This document shows positions 1 to 12,543 of a stretch of DNA of 39,675 bases, piece after piece. The stretch's first letter is position 1, and each line of letters opens with the position of its first letter. Position numbers and translations under genes: made by a program. Where the stretch lies: the sequence record SRR22947725_1323. One strand, given 5' to 3'. Below the pieces are notes generated by a model. That model saw only the letters and a program-made list of their open reading frames with translations, made no database searches and was not told the DNA's origin.

Positions 1-66
1 TGCTTCATAAGTTGCAAGACTTGCTGGATTCTCTTTATCTATATTCTTAAAGCAAACTTCATTCAT
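1..66 (-). CDS. nuoF: NADH-quinone oxidoreductase subunit F, 5' end only (runs off the window)
   Basis: Hand translation from ATG at 66: [22 protein letters not shown], open to the edge; ATGA overlap with the nuoE stop; expected position in the nuo operon. Confidence 0.85.
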   Translation of the reverse strand, partial: MNEVCFKNIDKENPASLATYEA

Positions 67-536
67 TTTAAATCTTCCAAAATTTTATCTAGTTTATTAG
101 TTGTTAGATGCTCATGGTATTGGTCACCAATCTGGCACATTGGGCCGCCGACACAAGCGCCCAGACATTCAACCTTCTTGACACTAACTAAACCATCTTT
201 GCTGACCTGTCCTGTTTTAACTTCGAGCTTATCTTCTAAGTAGGAAATCAGCTCATCTGATCCATTGAGCATGCAAGAAATGTTGTGACAGAATCGAATA
301 ACATGTTTTCCAACTGGCTTATGGTTATAGTTTTCATAAAATGTTGCAACTTCTTGGACACTAATTGCTGGCATGTCTAAGTAGTCAGCAACAGCTTGCA
401 TCAAGTCACCATTTAAGCTTCCACCATTCTCTTTTTGAACAATTGTTAAAGCTTGCATGACTGCGGAACTACCGCGACCTTCTGGATATTTAGAAACCCA
501 AAGATCAATCTCTTTTTTTGCTTGCTCAGAAATCAT
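63..536 (-). CDS. nuoE: NADH-quinone oxidoreductase subunit E
   Basis: EVATFY and [2Fe-2S] cysteines CHNISC...CLGAC; follows nuoD. Confidence 0.96.
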   Translation of the reverse strand: MISEQAKKEIDLWVSKYPEGRGSSAVMQALTIVQKENGGSLNGDLMQAVADYLDMPAISVQEVATFYENYNHKPVGKHVIRFCHNISCMLNGSDELISYLEDKLEVKTGQVSKDGLVSVKKVECLGACVGGPMCQIGDQYHEHLTTNKLDKILEDLK

Positions 537-1786
537 CGATCTACCTCACCAAAAACAATATCTTGAGAGCCAATTATAGTAACAACATCAGATAGCATAT
601 GACCTCTAGACATCTCGTCCATTGCTGCTAAATGTGCAAACCCCGGCGCTCTAATTTTAACTCTGTAAGGCTTATTTGCTCCATCTGAAACCATATAAAC
701 ACCAAATTCACCTTTTGGGGCTTCTACTGCTGTATAGGCTTCTCCCTCAGGTAAGCAGTAACCTTCAGTAAATAATTTGAAGTGATGAATCAGTGACTCC
801 ATATCATCCTTCATGTCTTCTCTGTTTGGCGGCGTTACTTTGTGATCATCAGACATCACCGGTCCAGGATTAGCTTTAAGCCAAGCAACACACTGATTAA
901 TAATGTTCGTTGATTGGCGCATCTCTTCCATTCTGACTAGATATCGATCATAGCAATCACCTGTCACACCAACAGGAACTTCAAAATCTAATTTATCATA
1001 AACTGAATAAGGTTCGTTTTTACGAATGTCCCATTCAACTCCTGAGCCTCTCAACATAGCACCAGTAAAACCAAGCTGCATTGCTCTCTCTGGGGAGACT
1101 ATTGCTATATTGACGAGTCTTTGTTTCCAAATCCTGTTATCAGTTAAAAGATCAGAATATTGCTGAATACTTTTTGGAAAATTCTTTGCAAAGTCCTCAA
1201 TAAAGTCAAGCAGTGAGCCTTGACGGTTTTCGTTAATCTCTTTGAGTTTTTCTTCAGACCTTAATTTTGAGTCTAGATATTGAGGCATGGTATCAGGCAA
1301 GTCTCTGTAAACTCCACCTGGCCTATAATAAGTCGCATGCATCCTTGATCCACTGACAGCTTCATAGCAATCAATCAATGTTTCACGCTCACGAAAGGCA
1401 TATAAAAATACGCTCATCGCGCCAACATCTAAAGCATGAGTTCCAATCCACATCAGGTGATTCATTATTCGAGTAATTTCATCAAACATCACTCTAATGT
1501 ATTCAGCACGCTCTGGGACCTTGAGTCCAAGCATTTTTTCTATACTCATCACGTATGCATGCTCATTACACATCATCGATACATAATCGAGGCGATCCAT
1601 ATAACCAATGGATTGGTTATATGGCTTAGATTCAGCTAATTTTTCAGTGCCGCGATGCAAAAGTCCAATGTGCGGATCTGCCCTCTCTACAACCTCACCA
1701 TCCAGCTCTAGAATAAGCCTAAGGACTCCATGCGCAGCGGGGTGCTGAGGACCAAAGTTAAGCGTGTAATTTTTCATTTCTGACAT
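533..1786 (-). CDS. nuoD: NADH-quinone oxidoreductase subunit D
   Basis: [16 protein letters not shown]-terminus, [10 protein letters not shown]-terminus. Confidence 0.98.
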   Translation of the reverse strand: MSEMKNYTLNFGPQHPAAHGVLRLILELDGEVVERADPHIGLLHRGTEKLAESKPYNQSIGYMDRLDYVSMMCNEHAYVMSIEKMLGLKVPERAEYIRVMFDEITRIMNHLMWIGTHALDVGAMSVFLYAFRERETLIDCYEAVSGSRMHATYYRPGGVYRDLPDTMPQYLDSKLRSEEKLKEINENRQGSLLDFIEDFAKNFPKSIQQYSDLLTDNRIWKQRLVNIAIVSPERAMQLGFTGAMLRGSGVEWDIRKNEPYSVYDKLDFEVPVGVTGDCYDRYLVRMEEMRQSTNIINQCVAWLKANPGPVMSDDHKVTPPNREDMKDDMESLIHHFKLFTEGYCLPEGEAYTAVEAPKGEFGVYMVSDGANKPYRVKIRAPGFAHLAAMDEMSRGHMLSDVVTIIGSQDIVFGEVDR

Positions 1787-1788
1787 AC

Positions 1789-2403
1789 TTACTTCCTTAT
1801 CACTCTTGGAACATTAACATTAGGCTCAATACTCACAGGCTCATAAACCACTCTTCCAAGCTGGTCATCGTATCTCATTTCAACTTCACCAATCATTGGG
1901 AAATCTTTTCTAAGAGGGTGGCCCACAAAACCGTAATCAGTCAGAATCCTTCTGAGGTCATTATGATTCTCAAATAAAATTCCAAACAAATCAAAAGCCT
2001 CCCTTTCGAACCAGTCTGCACAGTTCCAGATTTTAGTCACAGATTGAATCATTAAATTATCAGTAGAAAGAAGAGCCTTGACTCTAAGTCTCTGATTACT
2101 TGACACTGATAAAAGATGGTAAATAACACCAAAGCGCTGGTCTTTTAGATTGGTTGATTTTTGCGCTTGTCGAGCCCTGCCAAATCCAGATGAACTTGCA
2201 TTTCCATTCCAGTCAGATTCACCATAGGTTAAGTAGTCAACTCCACAAAGATCTATCAAAATTTCAAATTTAAATTCATCTTTAAGCTTATGACATACCT
2301 CAACAACGTTGTCACTATTAATAACGAGGGTAAGTTCATCATAGGCTTCAGTCACATTTTTTTTACCAAAGGCTTTGGATAATTTTTGCTTTAATTCTTT
2401 CAT
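1789..2403 (-). CDS. nuoC: NADH-quinone oxidoreductase subunit C
   Basis: [32 protein letters not shown]. Confidence 0.97.
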   Translation of the reverse strand: MKELKQKLSKAFGKKNVTEAYDELTLVINSDNVVEVCHKLKDEFKFEILIDLCGVDYLTYGESDWNGNASSSGFGRARQAQKSTNLKDQRFGVIYHLLSVSSNQRLRVKALLSTDNLMIQSVTKIWNCADWFEREAFDLFGILFENHNDLRRILTDYGFVGHPLRKDFPMIGEVEMRYDDQLGRVVYEPVSIEPNVNVPRVIRK

Positions 2404-2406
2404 AAC

Positions 2407-2886
2407 TTAGGTTCGAGCAATCGTGTTGGTTCTTCGGATTTTGTCTTGTAACTGAAGAATTCCATATAAAAGTGCTTCTGCTGTTGGAGGGCATCCGGGA
2501 ACATAGACATCAACAGGAACAATTCGATCACATCCTCTAACTACAGCATAAGAGTAATGATAGTAACCACCTCCATTTGCACATGAGCCCATTGATAAAA
2601 CATATTTGGGTTCTGGCATTTGATCATAAACCTTCCTTAATGCAGGAGCCATCTTATTTGTGAGTGTTCCAGCCACGATCATTAAATCTGACTGGCGAGG
2701 GGTTGGCCTAAAAACGATTCCAAAACGATCCAAGTCGTAACGCGATGAACCTGCCTCCATCATCTCGACAGCACAACAAGCAAGGCCAAATGTCATTGGC
2801 CATAGCGATCCAGTCCTTGCCCAGTTAATAACTTTGTCAAGTGAAGTGGTAACAAAGCCTTCTTTCATTAAGCCTTCAATAGCCAT
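2407..2886 (-). CDS. nuoB: NADH-quinone oxidoreductase subunit B
   Basis: [25 protein letters not shown]. Confidence 0.98.
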   Translation of the reverse strand: MAIEGLMKEGFVTTSLDKVINWARTGSLWPMTFGLACCAVEMMEAGSSRYDLDRFGIVFRPTPRQSDLMIVAGTLTNKMAPALRKVYDQMPEPKYVLSMGSCANGGGYYHYSYAVVRGCDRIVPVDVYVPGCPPTAEALLYGILQLQDKIRRTNTIART

Positions 2887-2898
2887 ATTTAATCCTCA

Positions 2899-3255
2899 TT
2901 ATTCCCACTCTAGAGCCCCTTTTTTCCACTCAAAGATAAAGCCAACTACCAGAAGCAATAAAAATATAGACATTGCAACAAAACCAAACCAGCCTAACTT
3001 AGCCTGAACCACGGCCCAGGGGATGAAAAAAGCCACCTCGAGATCAAAAAGCACAAACAAAATAGCTACCAGATAGTATCGAATATTGAAGTGCATGCGT
3101 GAGTCATCAAAAGCTGGAAATCCACACTCAAACTGTGAGTTTTTTTCTTCGCTAGGATTACTTGGACCTAAAAGATAGCCCACGACTGTGAGGCCTACTC
3201 CAAAGGCAATTCCTAGGAAAATAAATACGATAATTGGTAAATAATTTTCGAGCAT
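2899..3255 (-). CDS. nuoA: NADH-quinone oxidoreductase subunit A
   Basis: FECGF, FDLEVAF, EWKKGALEW; three hydrophobic segments. Confidence 0.97.
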   Translation of the reverse strand: MLENYLPIIVFIFLGIAFGVGLTVVGYLLGPSNPSEEKNSQFECGFPAFDDSRMHFNIRYYLVAILFVLFDLEVAFFIPWAVVQAKLGWFGFVAMSIFLLLLVVGFIFEWKKGALEWE

Positions 3256-3261
3256 TGTTTA

Positions 3262-3291
3262 TCCTCAACTAAACAGCGAAATATTATATCA
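3262..3291 (-). promoter_or_regulatory. Putative extended -10 promoter and RBS of the nuo operon
   Basis: Minus strand TGATATAAT (TGn-TATAAT) at 3283-3291; GAGGA Shine-Dalgarno at 3262-3266. Confidence 0.55.
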
Positions 3292-3348
3292 AATTAATCG
3301 TAAAACAGCCAGTTAAAAAGCGTTTAATTAACCGGATAAGATATTAAA

Positions 3349-4767
3349 TTAAAGCTGCGTACCACCCACAGTGAGCATGTCAACTTTGAGGCTAGGCTGC
3401 CCAACTCCAACTGGAACACTTTGCCCGTCTTTCCCGCATACACCAATGCCAGGATCTAATTGAAGATCATCTCCCACCATGGAGATTTGGTGGAGCACTT
3501 CATCACCGGCACCAATTAGGGTAGCACCCTTGATGGGTGTTGTAATTTTTCCATTTTTGATTAGGTAAGCTTCGTTTGCAGAAAAAACAAATTTTCCTGA
3601 AGTAATATCAACTTGACCACCATCAAAGTTCTTAGCATAAATTCCATCTTCTACTGACATCACCATATCGTCAAACTTGTCTTCGCCATTTAGCATATAA
3701 GTATTCGTCATTCTAGGCATTGGGATGTGTGCATAGGATTCACGCCTTCCATTTCCTGTGCTTGGCTTATTCATCAAGCGGCCATTCATTTTGTCCATCA
3801 TGTAGCCTTTAAGAACCCCTTTTTCAATTAGAGTAGTCTCTTGAGTTGGAGTACCCTCGTCATCAATCGTTAAGCTGCCTCTTCTATTTTGAATAGTTCC
3901 GTTATCAACAATAGTGCATTTTTCACTAGCCACTTTTTCACCAATTTTTCCACTAAACACAGAACTGCCCTTACGATTAAAGTCGCCTTCTAAGCCATGT
4001 CCAATTGCCTCATGTAACAAAACTCCAGGCCAACCAGATCCCAGGATGACAGGCATCTTTCCTGCTGGAGCATCATTAGAATCTAATGCTACAAGAGCCA
4101 AACGGATTGCCTCTTTCGTATAAACTTCGGCCAATGAGTTTTCAGCAAAATAGCTGTAATCATATCGTCCACCACCGCCACTTGAAGACTGCTCAACCCT
4201 TCCATTATGCTCTACAATAACTGAAACGCTTACTCTTACCATTGGTCTGCAGTCAATCTCGTAAACACCATCAGTGGAGGCTATTAAAACTTCAGTATAG
4301 GCTCCAGAAAGTGAAGCACTAACCTGGACCACTTTAGGTTCTTTTCTTGCTATAGTATTGATTTGTCTCAATAGGTCAACTTTTTGCTCAGAAGTCAAAC
4401 TATCAAGGGGACTAATGGCAGAATATTTAGAGGGATAATTAGTGCTCTTTAGAAGTTTAGGTGATGAATGAGGCTTACTACTGGATATGCCTTTTGCAAA
4501 ATCTACTGCGCCTTGAATGGCCTTCAAGTTTAGATCATCTGAATAAGAAAATCCCGTTTTATCACCTGATACACATCTTGCTCCAACACCATGACTGATA
4601 TTATAGGAGCCATCCTTGACTATCCCTTCGTCAAGAACCCAGGATTCTGCAACAGAATGCTGAAAATATAAATCAGAATAATCTGAACCAGTGCCTGACA
4701 GAGAACTCAGTAGATTGTATATTTCAACCTCATTAATTTTGTGATCATTTAATAGTTGATTAATCAT
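3349..4767 (-). CDS. tldD: Metalloprotease TldD
   Basis: HEAIGHGLEGDFNRKG metal motif, PMPRMTNT, CGKDGQSVPVGVGQP. Confidence 0.96.
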   Translation of the reverse strand: MINQLLNDHKINEVEIYNLLSSLSGTGSDYSDLYFQHSVAESWVLDEGIVKDGSYNISHGVGARCVSGDKTGFSYSDDLNLKAIQGAVDFAKGISSSKPHSSPKLLKSTNYPSKYSAISPLDSLTSEQKVDLLRQINTIARKEPKVVQVSASLSGAYTEVLIASTDGVYEIDCRPMVRVSVSVIVEHNGRVEQSSSGGGGRYDYSYFAENSLAEVYTKEAIRLALVALDSNDAPAGKMPVILGSGWPGVLLHEAIGHGLEGDFNRKGSSVFSGKIGEKVASEKCTIVDNGTIQNRRGSLTIDDEGTPTQETTLIEKGVLKGYMMDKMNGRLMNKPSTGNGRRESYAHIPMPRMTNTYMLNGEDKFDDMVMSVEDGIYAKNFDGGQVDITSGKFVFSANEAYLIKNGKITTPIKGATLIGAGDEVLHQISMVGDDLQLDPGIGVCGKDGQSVPVGVGQPSLKVDMLTVGGTQL

Positions 4768-7283
4768 AAAACTTTAACTCCATCTAATTTTTCAATAATT
4801 GGCTCAGACCATGGACCTGAAATAACAAAAGTTATCTCAACAGTGTTATCTAGAAGTCCACTCATTACTTCACCACCAAAAAGCATCTTATCTGCAGCCC
4901 AAACCCCAAAACCAGCAAGACCTCCTCCAGCTAAATAAGTGGCTAAAGGGATCGTGTTAGCAATTGCTGGCTGAACGTTTGCTGCTAAATTATAGTCTCT
5001 TTTAATTAAATCAACTGAACCAGTTAACTCAATATCACTCTCTTCACTCTCTACAAGGAAGTAGTCCACTTTTGCAACTCCGTCATTAAATAATAATTTA
5101 GCGTTGATCTGGTCATAAACATAGCCCGCCTCTCTTAATTCACTTCTAGTTAACCTAAAGCGATTTGCAATGGTCTCTAAATTAATAAATGAAATCAATT
5201 TAAAAAGATTGGGATCTTGGTTCGTAAAAACCCCCTCTGCAACCTCTGCTTGCATATAGCCAGTTACATTCTTTGGAGCAACTTGCCATGGCTCACAATC
5301 ACAATATAACCGTAAATCGACACTAAAACCACCACCAATAACAGGCTCATTAACCCCAAATTTATTCAAAAAACTTGACAAATTTTGACTTGAAGCTTTA
5401 GCTCTTAAAGCTGTTTTTCCTTTTAACCAGCTTCCATTAAAAACTAAATCTTCTTCACTGAGGCCAATATTTTCAAAAACCAGGTTTTTGATTTCCATCA
5501 CATAATCATGATTGATGAGATCAGCCTCAAAATTGGGAACTCTTTTATTATTAACCTTGGAGTCTTTAAGAGACAGATGTAAGCTTGGAAAAATTTTAGG
5601 TGATAGTTTCCAATCATTTATATTATCAAGGCTTGAAATATTGAGATCCTTAAGGTTAAGAATATATTTGCCATCATTATCTATCAATAAAGTCAGATCA
5701 GCATATAAATCTTCTGATTTCATAATACTGCTCCATTCAACAGACGAGCGCTTGCTAATAAAAGCATCAATCGAACTACTCAAATGAGTCAACTTAACTT
5801 TTAAAGCCGAATTGTCCTCATTAATCCAATCTTTAGGATTTAATGACATTTGAAAAAGCTCGCCTCCAATTAACCCTTTACCTTTTGTTCTAATGAGACC
5901 GTCTTTAAAAGAGATTTGAGAATTAAATCCATCAACATTAATTTCTCCATCAAAAAGACTGAGTGAATTCTCAGATGCAAACATATCAAAAGTTAACTCT
6001 GGCTTTTGATCAGTATTTTTTTGAAGTGGAGCAACTAGGTTAATATTTCCCCAAAGCTTTCCAATCAGCTCAAACTCATTGAGATAAGCTTTAATCTTAT
6101 CTGATACTGAAGTTTCTCTAATAAACTGTTCAACTTTTTGACTGTTTGAATCAAATCGCGCATTGAGAGATAATTTTGCATCTGGCTGATTAAAATCTCT
6201 AGTAGTTATGCTTAGGTAACTTAAATCGATGCCCTCAACTCTAGCTTGATTTCCTACAATCTTTAAATAATCATTTGAAAAAGTCACTTTTGCATTTATA
6301 TCTTCAATAGATGGCCAATTGGGATTTGCATTTATAGTTGCCTTCGAAAGATTGGCAGAAAATTTAGTATTTGGAGCCTCTATCTCTCCCGACATGTTAA
6401 ATCGAGTTGTCAACATAATGTCTGTCAAAAATCCATCTTTTAAAACTTCGTCTATCCATCGAGCTCCCTCTGAAGAAGAAAGCGACTCTGGGATATTCTG
6501 ATTAATTTTTGATACCTCTATCTGATCAATATAACTCTCAAATTCAAGATAAACTTGATCTTGTTGATTAAAAATTTTAACTTGTGCTGAAAGATTAAAA
6601 TCTTCATTTTGAAGGGAAAAAGGAATCACGGCAACACGCTCTTCTCTTGCTTTTGCAACATCAATACTTGTATTAATGTTGACCATGCTGCCAAGCTTTG
6701 GAACTTGCGAAGTACTAAAAATCGACTGATCTCTCATAGAAAGGCTAATCTTTTGTTTATTTCTCTTTAATTCAATTGGTGCAAGGTCAAGTGACTGCTG
6801 ACCTATGAGCTTAGTTCTATTAATAGAAAGAGATTGAAGAGCCAATAAACCAGATACGCCAATGTTAGATAACACTGACTCTGCATTCATTATTCCAACA
6901 TAATCATCGATATTTGAAGTGTCAATTAACAACTCATTAACATCAATATGACCAGGTATCTCAATGCCTTTATAGAGGGCCATAAGATCAACATTCCATC
7001 GTAAAACATCAACCTTAGCAATTGGCTTCAAGCCATCTGAACTAATTTGTAGCTCTTTGACTGCTAAAAAAAGTTCATTTTCCTGAAATTCAAGAGAAAT
7101 TTTTTCAATACGAACATCCAGACCACTAATTTCAGAAAGACGACTTTCAATTTGACCCTTGATGGTCTGAGGAAACATAATCAGAAAAGCAACGACTGCC
7201 AATACAGCTAGGGCCATGAATGCTGTCACCCAAGTACTAATCTTTAGAATATTAAGGCTTCTTAGGAGGGTTTTTTTTAGCAT
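4764..7283 (-). CDS. yhdP: YhdP/AsmA-like envelope protein (shortened, 839 aa)
   Basis: N-terminal TM anchor, beta-rich body, AsmA-like C-terminus ending ISGPWSEP; ATGA overlap with tldD as in the conserved yhdP-tldD arrangement. Confidence 0.75.
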   Translation of the reverse strand: MLKKTLLRSLNILKISTWVTAFMALAVLAVVAFLIMFPQTIKGQIESRLSEISGLDVRIEKISLEFQENELFLAVKELQISSDGLKPIAKVDVLRWNVDLMALYKGIEIPGHIDVNELLIDTSNIDDYVGIMNAESVLSNIGVSGLLALQSLSINRTKLIGQQSLDLAPIELKRNKQKISLSMRDQSIFSTSQVPKLGSMVNINTSIDVAKAREERVAVIPFSLQNEDFNLSAQVKIFNQQDQVYLEFESYIDQIEVSKINQNIPESLSSSEGARWIDEVLKDGFLTDIMLTTRFNMSGEIEAPNTKFSANLSKATINANPNWPSIEDINAKVTFSNDYLKIVGNQARVEGIDLSYLSITTRDFNQPDAKLSLNARFDSNSQKVEQFIRETSVSDKIKAYLNEFELIGKLWGNINLVAPLQKNTDQKPELTFDMFASENSLSLFDGEINVDGFNSQISFKDGLIRTKGKGLIGGELFQMSLNPKDWINEDNSALKVKLTHLSSSIDAFISKRSSVEWSSIMKSEDLYADLTLLIDNDGKYILNLKDLNISSLDNINDWKLSPKIFPSLHLSLKDSKVNNKRVPNFEADLINHDYVMEIKNLVFENIGLSEEDLVFNGSWLKGKTALRAKASSQNLSSFLNKFGVNEPVIGGGFSVDLRLYCDCEPWQVAPKNVTGYMQAEVAEGVFTNQDPNLFKLISFINLETIANRFRLTRSELREAGYVYDQINAKLLFNDGVAKVDYFLVESEESDIELTGSVDLIKRDYNLAANVQPAIANTIPLATYLAGGGLAGFGVWAADKMLFGGEVMSGLLDNTVEITFVISGPWSEPIIEKLDGVKVL

Positions 7284-7306
7284 ATTTTTGTTGCATTCAA
7301 CTCCAA

Positions 7307-7332
7307 GATATTATAACCAAATGTATAATATC
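7307..7332. promoter_or_regulatory. Inverted repeat made of back-to-back TATAAT boxes (probable bidirectional promoter)
   Basis: GATATTATA-accaaatg-TATAATATC between the divergent yhdP and cytochrome c5 genes. Confidence 0.55.
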
Positions 7333-7364
7333 GCGGAATTTAATCTAATCTAAGGGAAGATGCA

Positions 7365-7826
7365 ATGAGTCAAGGTACTTCGGGTTCGACAAAACTAATG
7401 CTAATCGTTTGGGCAATTGCCATGATTTTTATTGGCTTTAAAGCACTTAACTCGACGAGTGGTGATTCATCCAATAGTGAAAATATGGTGGAAAATAGCG
7501 TTTTAGAGAGAATCAAACCAGTAGGTGAAGTTCGCATCGATACTAGCACTCAAGTTGCATCAGCAGAAATCGTTGAAACTGCAGTGCGCTCTGGAGAAGA
7601 AATTTATAACAGCAAATGTGATGGCTGTCATACATCCGGAGTAATGGGTTCACCTAAGTTTGCCTCATTAAAAGACTGGGCACCAAGAGTAGACCTTGGG
7701 CTAGAAAAACTCACCTTATCAGCAATAGCTGGAAAGGGCGGAATGCCAGCTAAGGGAACTTGTATGGATTGTACTGATAACGACATAAAGATAACAGTTC
7801 AGTATATGCTCGACAGCCTTGAATAA
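7365..7826 (+). CDS. Cytochrome c5 family protein
   Basis: N-terminal membrane anchor, RIKPVG, heme motif CDGCH, MPAKGTCMDC signature. Confidence 0.9.
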   Translation: MSQGTSGSTKLMLIVWAIAMIFIGFKALNSTSGDSSNSENMVENSVLERIKPVGEVRIDTSTQVASAEIVETAVRSGEEIYNSKCDGCHTSGVMGSPKFASLKDWAPRVDLGLEKLTLSAIAGKGGMPAKGTCMDCTDNDIKITVQYMLDSLE

Positions 7827-7835
7827 AGAAAATAA

Positions 7836-8324
7836 TTACTTTAGATTCTGAAAGACTCCTAAGCTTCTATTTTTTTCAACATCGCTCCACGGTAAAACTC
7901 TTCCATTCATAGCAATATAGACACCAGAACCTAAAAGCTGAACAGACCCTAATGCACAGCCAAAATTGAATAGTGCGTCAGAATTATTAACTGCATAAGG
8001 CACCATAGAGCCAAATAGGACAATAGTCTTCTTCATGTCCCGCTCTCCCAATAGCTTTGCAGTGTCACACATCGTATCAGTGCCATGGGTAATTAATATA
8101 AATTGCTCATCGCATTTCTCACAGCTCTCTAAAATTAAATTTCGATCGGAATCAACCATATCTAAACTGTCAATTAGGGTCAGCTCCTGAGGAATGATAT
8201 TGACCTCTATTCTGGACCTTTTTATCATTTCAGGGAAATGAGTCTTATCAAACTCAAGCTCACCATTTGATTGATTGTAAACTTTATCAATCGTCCCACC
8301 CGTAATCATTAATCTGACTTGCAT
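7836..8324 (-). CDS. Short single-domain asparaginase-family protein
   Basis: TGGTI and HGTDT catalytic Thr motifs; only 162 aa. Confidence 0.85.
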   Translation of the reverse strand: MQVRLMITGGTIDKVYNQSNGELEFDKTHFPEMIKRSRIEVNIIPQELTLIDSLDMVDSDRNLILESCEKCDEQFILITHGTDTMCDTAKLLGERDMKKTIVLFGSMVPYAVNNSDALFNFGCALGSVQLLGSGVYIAMNGRVLPWSDVEKNRSLGVFQNLK

Positions 8325-8357
8325 GTATACACCTTTAAAAAAAATGAATAAGTATGT

Positions 8358-8988
8358 TTAATTATAGCTTCTTTGCCCAAAAATATCTGTCCCAACTCTA
8401 ACCAGATTTGCCCCATTCTTAATTGCAACCTCAAGGTCGGCAGACATACCCATTGATAGAGTATCAAGTGAAGGGTAATTGGATATTAAATCTTTCATTT
8501 TTGAAAAACTATCGCTTGAGTTTTCAGCTTTAGGTATACACATGAAGCCCCTTAAACAAATATAAGGCAATGAAATAATCTCTGAAACTATCTCATCAAC
8601 TTGCTCAATAAATACTCCTGATTTTGTTTTCTCTTTATCTATATTTACTTGGACAAGAATATTCAATTTGCCTAAATTTGGATTTCTTTGATCACTCAGC
8701 CTTTTGGCAATTTTGAATCGATCAACACTATGAACCCAATCAAAGTTTTCTGATATTAATGCAGTTTTATTGGATTGAATTGGGCCTATAAAATGCCACA
8801 CTAACCCAGAGTCTTTAAAGTAGTTGACTTTTTCTAAGGATTCTTGGAGGTAGTTCTCTCCAAAATGGATTTGGCCTGCATTAAAAGCCTCTTGAATCTC
8901 TAAAACTGATCTTGTTTTACTGACAGCAATAAGCTCTACATCTTGATCAGATTGAATAGACTCTATTCTAGAATTGACTAGCTTTAGA

Positions 8989-9002
<14 letters not shown>
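8358..9002 (-). CDS. yggS: Pyridoxal phosphate homeostasis protein (YggS/PLPBP)
   Basis: AVSKT, FGENY, WHFIGPIQSNK, LSMGMS, VRVGTDIFG; start moved to the ATG at 9002 (MISDNL). Confidence 0.93.
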
Positions 9003-10747
<1,745 letters not shown>

Positions 10748-10756
10748 CTAGAAAGG

Positions 10757-10765
10757 ATTTTACCA
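10757..10765 (-). promoter_or_regulatory. Putative extended -10 promoter for argB
   Basis: Minus strand TGGTAAAAT about 30 nt upstream of the argB ATG. Confidence 0.45.
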
Positions 10766-10792
10766 GTCACAGGCTCTAATGAAAGGCTTTAC

Positions 10793-11917
10793 CTACAAAA
10801 ATATTTCCTGAAGCTCATTCAAGAAACTATATCCATTCTTTGTTGGTTTGATCCAATTATCTCTTAAATCTAACAAATTGAGCTTTTCAGCTTCTTTAAT
10901 TTGAGAGCGAACTGATTCAATTGACAATCCTGTTCTAGATTCAAACAATCCAGAATCAAAACCATCAATTAATCTTAGGCTATTCAACATAAACTCAAAA
11001 GATAAGCCATCTACTACTTTTTTCCTTGAGATAATTTTATTTTGTTGAATAGATAACAAATATTCATTAGGTGACTTTGACTTTAAAGTTCTAAATATTT
11101 GATGCGAACTCATATCTGTTATTTTTCCATGAGCACCAGCACCAATTCCAATGTAATCTCCAAATGTCCAGTAATTTAGGTTGTGCAGAGATGGATTAGA
11201 GCTATAAGCAGAAACTTCATACTGTCTATAGCCTTTTTTATTCAACAGTTTTGCGCCCTTTTCGCCCATTTCCCAGATAATCTCATCAGATGGAAGTTGG
11301 GGAGGGAATTTGGAAAATAACGTATTAGGCTCAAGAGTTAACTGATAAAAAGATATATGAGTAGGACTTAGCTCAATTGCTTTATTTAAGTCCTCAATAC
11401 ACATCTCTACACTCTGGCCATTAAGGCCATACATGAGATCAATATTTATATTTGTGAAGCCGGCTCTTTGCGCTTCTATAATAGCATTGACTGCCTCATT
11501 ACTACTGTGAACTCTTCCTAGAAATTTGAGCTGGCTATCTTCGAATGATTGAACGCCAACAGATAGACGATTAATACCCATACTTCGAAATTCAGTAAAC
11601 TTTTCTGCTTCAAATGTGCCTGGATTTACCTCCATAGTAATCTCAACATTATCTGAAAAATTCAACCTCTCTTTCAGTCCATTTAATAGATAGCTAGCAT
11701 CCTCAGTACTCATTAAGCTTGGCGTTCCGCCACCAATGAAAATTGATTCTATTGCTCTGTTTTGAACATACTGTAAATCACCATCTAAATCTTTAATCAA
11801 AGCGCTAATGTAGTCAGATTGAATTTCTCCCTCATGAGAGTTAAAGTCACAATATGGACATTTTTTTAAACACCATGGATAATGAATGTATAGGGAGAGG
11901 GGTGGAATTTTAAGCAA
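10793..11917 (-). CDS. hemW: Radical SAM heme chaperone HemW
   Basis: YIHYPWCLKKCPYCDFNS, GGGTPS, HNLNYW; TTG start; downstream of rdgB as usual. Confidence 0.92.
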   Translation of the reverse strand: MLKIPPLSLYIHYPWCLKKCPYCDFNSHEGEIQSDYISALIKDLDGDLQYVQNRAIESIFIGGGTPSLMSTEDASYLLNGLKERLNFSDNVEITMEVNPGTFEAEKFTEFRSMGINRLSVGVQSFEDSQLKFLGRVHSSNEAVNAIIEAQRAGFTNINIDLMYGLNGQSVEMCIEDLNKAIELSPTHISFYQLTLEPNTLFSKFPPQLPSDEIIWEMGEKGAKLLNKKGYRQYEVSAYSSNPSLHNLNYWTFGDYIGIGAGAHGKITDMSSHQIFRTLKSKSPNEYLLSIQQNKIISRKKVVDGLSFEFMLNSLRLIDGFDSGLFESRTGLSIESVRSQIKEAEKLNLLDLRDNWIKPTKNGYSFLNELQEIFL

Positions 11918-11918
11918 G

Positions 11919-12506
11919 TTATTCAGCTCTAAGTAGTTGACTTAATAAATTATCTAAAGCTTGTCCACGATGTGATATTTTATTTTTAATATCTGGCTCA
12001 AGTTGAGCAGAGCTGCAACTATAGTCCTTCAAATAAAATATCGGGTCATAGCCAAAACCATTTGTTCCAATTGGCTCTCTAAGAATCTCTCCCTCCCATC
12101 GTCTCTCGATAATAATAGGTTTTGTATCTTTTTCATCATTTATATAGACCATTGCGCAACAAAAATGGGCTTTACGATTATTATGGCCCTCCATATTCAA
12201 CAAAAGCTTTTTTACATTTTCCTCATCTGTTGCGCCTTCTCTAGCATATCTAGCCGAGTAAATACCTGGCTCACCATCCAGCACTTCGACCTCAAGGCCT
12301 GAATCATCAGCCAAAGCGGGTAGTTTAGTTTGAAGCGATGCATTTCTTGCTTTTAATAATGCATTCTCAATAAAAGAACTGCCAGTCTCGGGGATTTCCT
12401 TAACCTGCAAATCTTTTTGAGAGACAACACTATAATACCCATTTAGCATGGTGTTTAATTCTCTTACCTTTCCAGGATTTCCTGTTGCAAGGATAATTTT
12501 TTTCAT
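11919..12506 (-). CDS. rdgB: dITP/XTP pyrophosphatase
   Basis: ATGNPGK, ADDSGL, GFGYDP, SHRG; start moved to the ATG at 12506 (MKKIIL). Confidence 0.95.
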   Translation of the reverse strand: MKKIILATGNPGKVRELNTMLNGYYSVVSQKDLQVKEIPETGSSFIENALLKARNASLQTKLPALADDSGLEVEVLDGEPGIYSARYAREGATDEENVKKLLLNMEGHNNRKAHFCCAMVYINDEKDTKPIIIERRWEGEILREPIGTNGFGYDPIFYLKDYSCSSAQLEPDIKNKISHRGQALDNLLSQLLRAE

Positions 12507-12543
12507 CGTGTATAATAATTTTGAACTAAAAGATGGAGGCAAC

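Noticed and set aside
533-2403. Unfused nuoC and nuoD as a novelty
   Set aside because: This is the ordinary state in many bacteria; the fusion is lineage-restricted
3256-3348. tRNA/secG upstream of nuoA, as in many proteobacteria
   Set aside because: The 93-bp gap is AT-rich promoter-like sequence with no tRNA features
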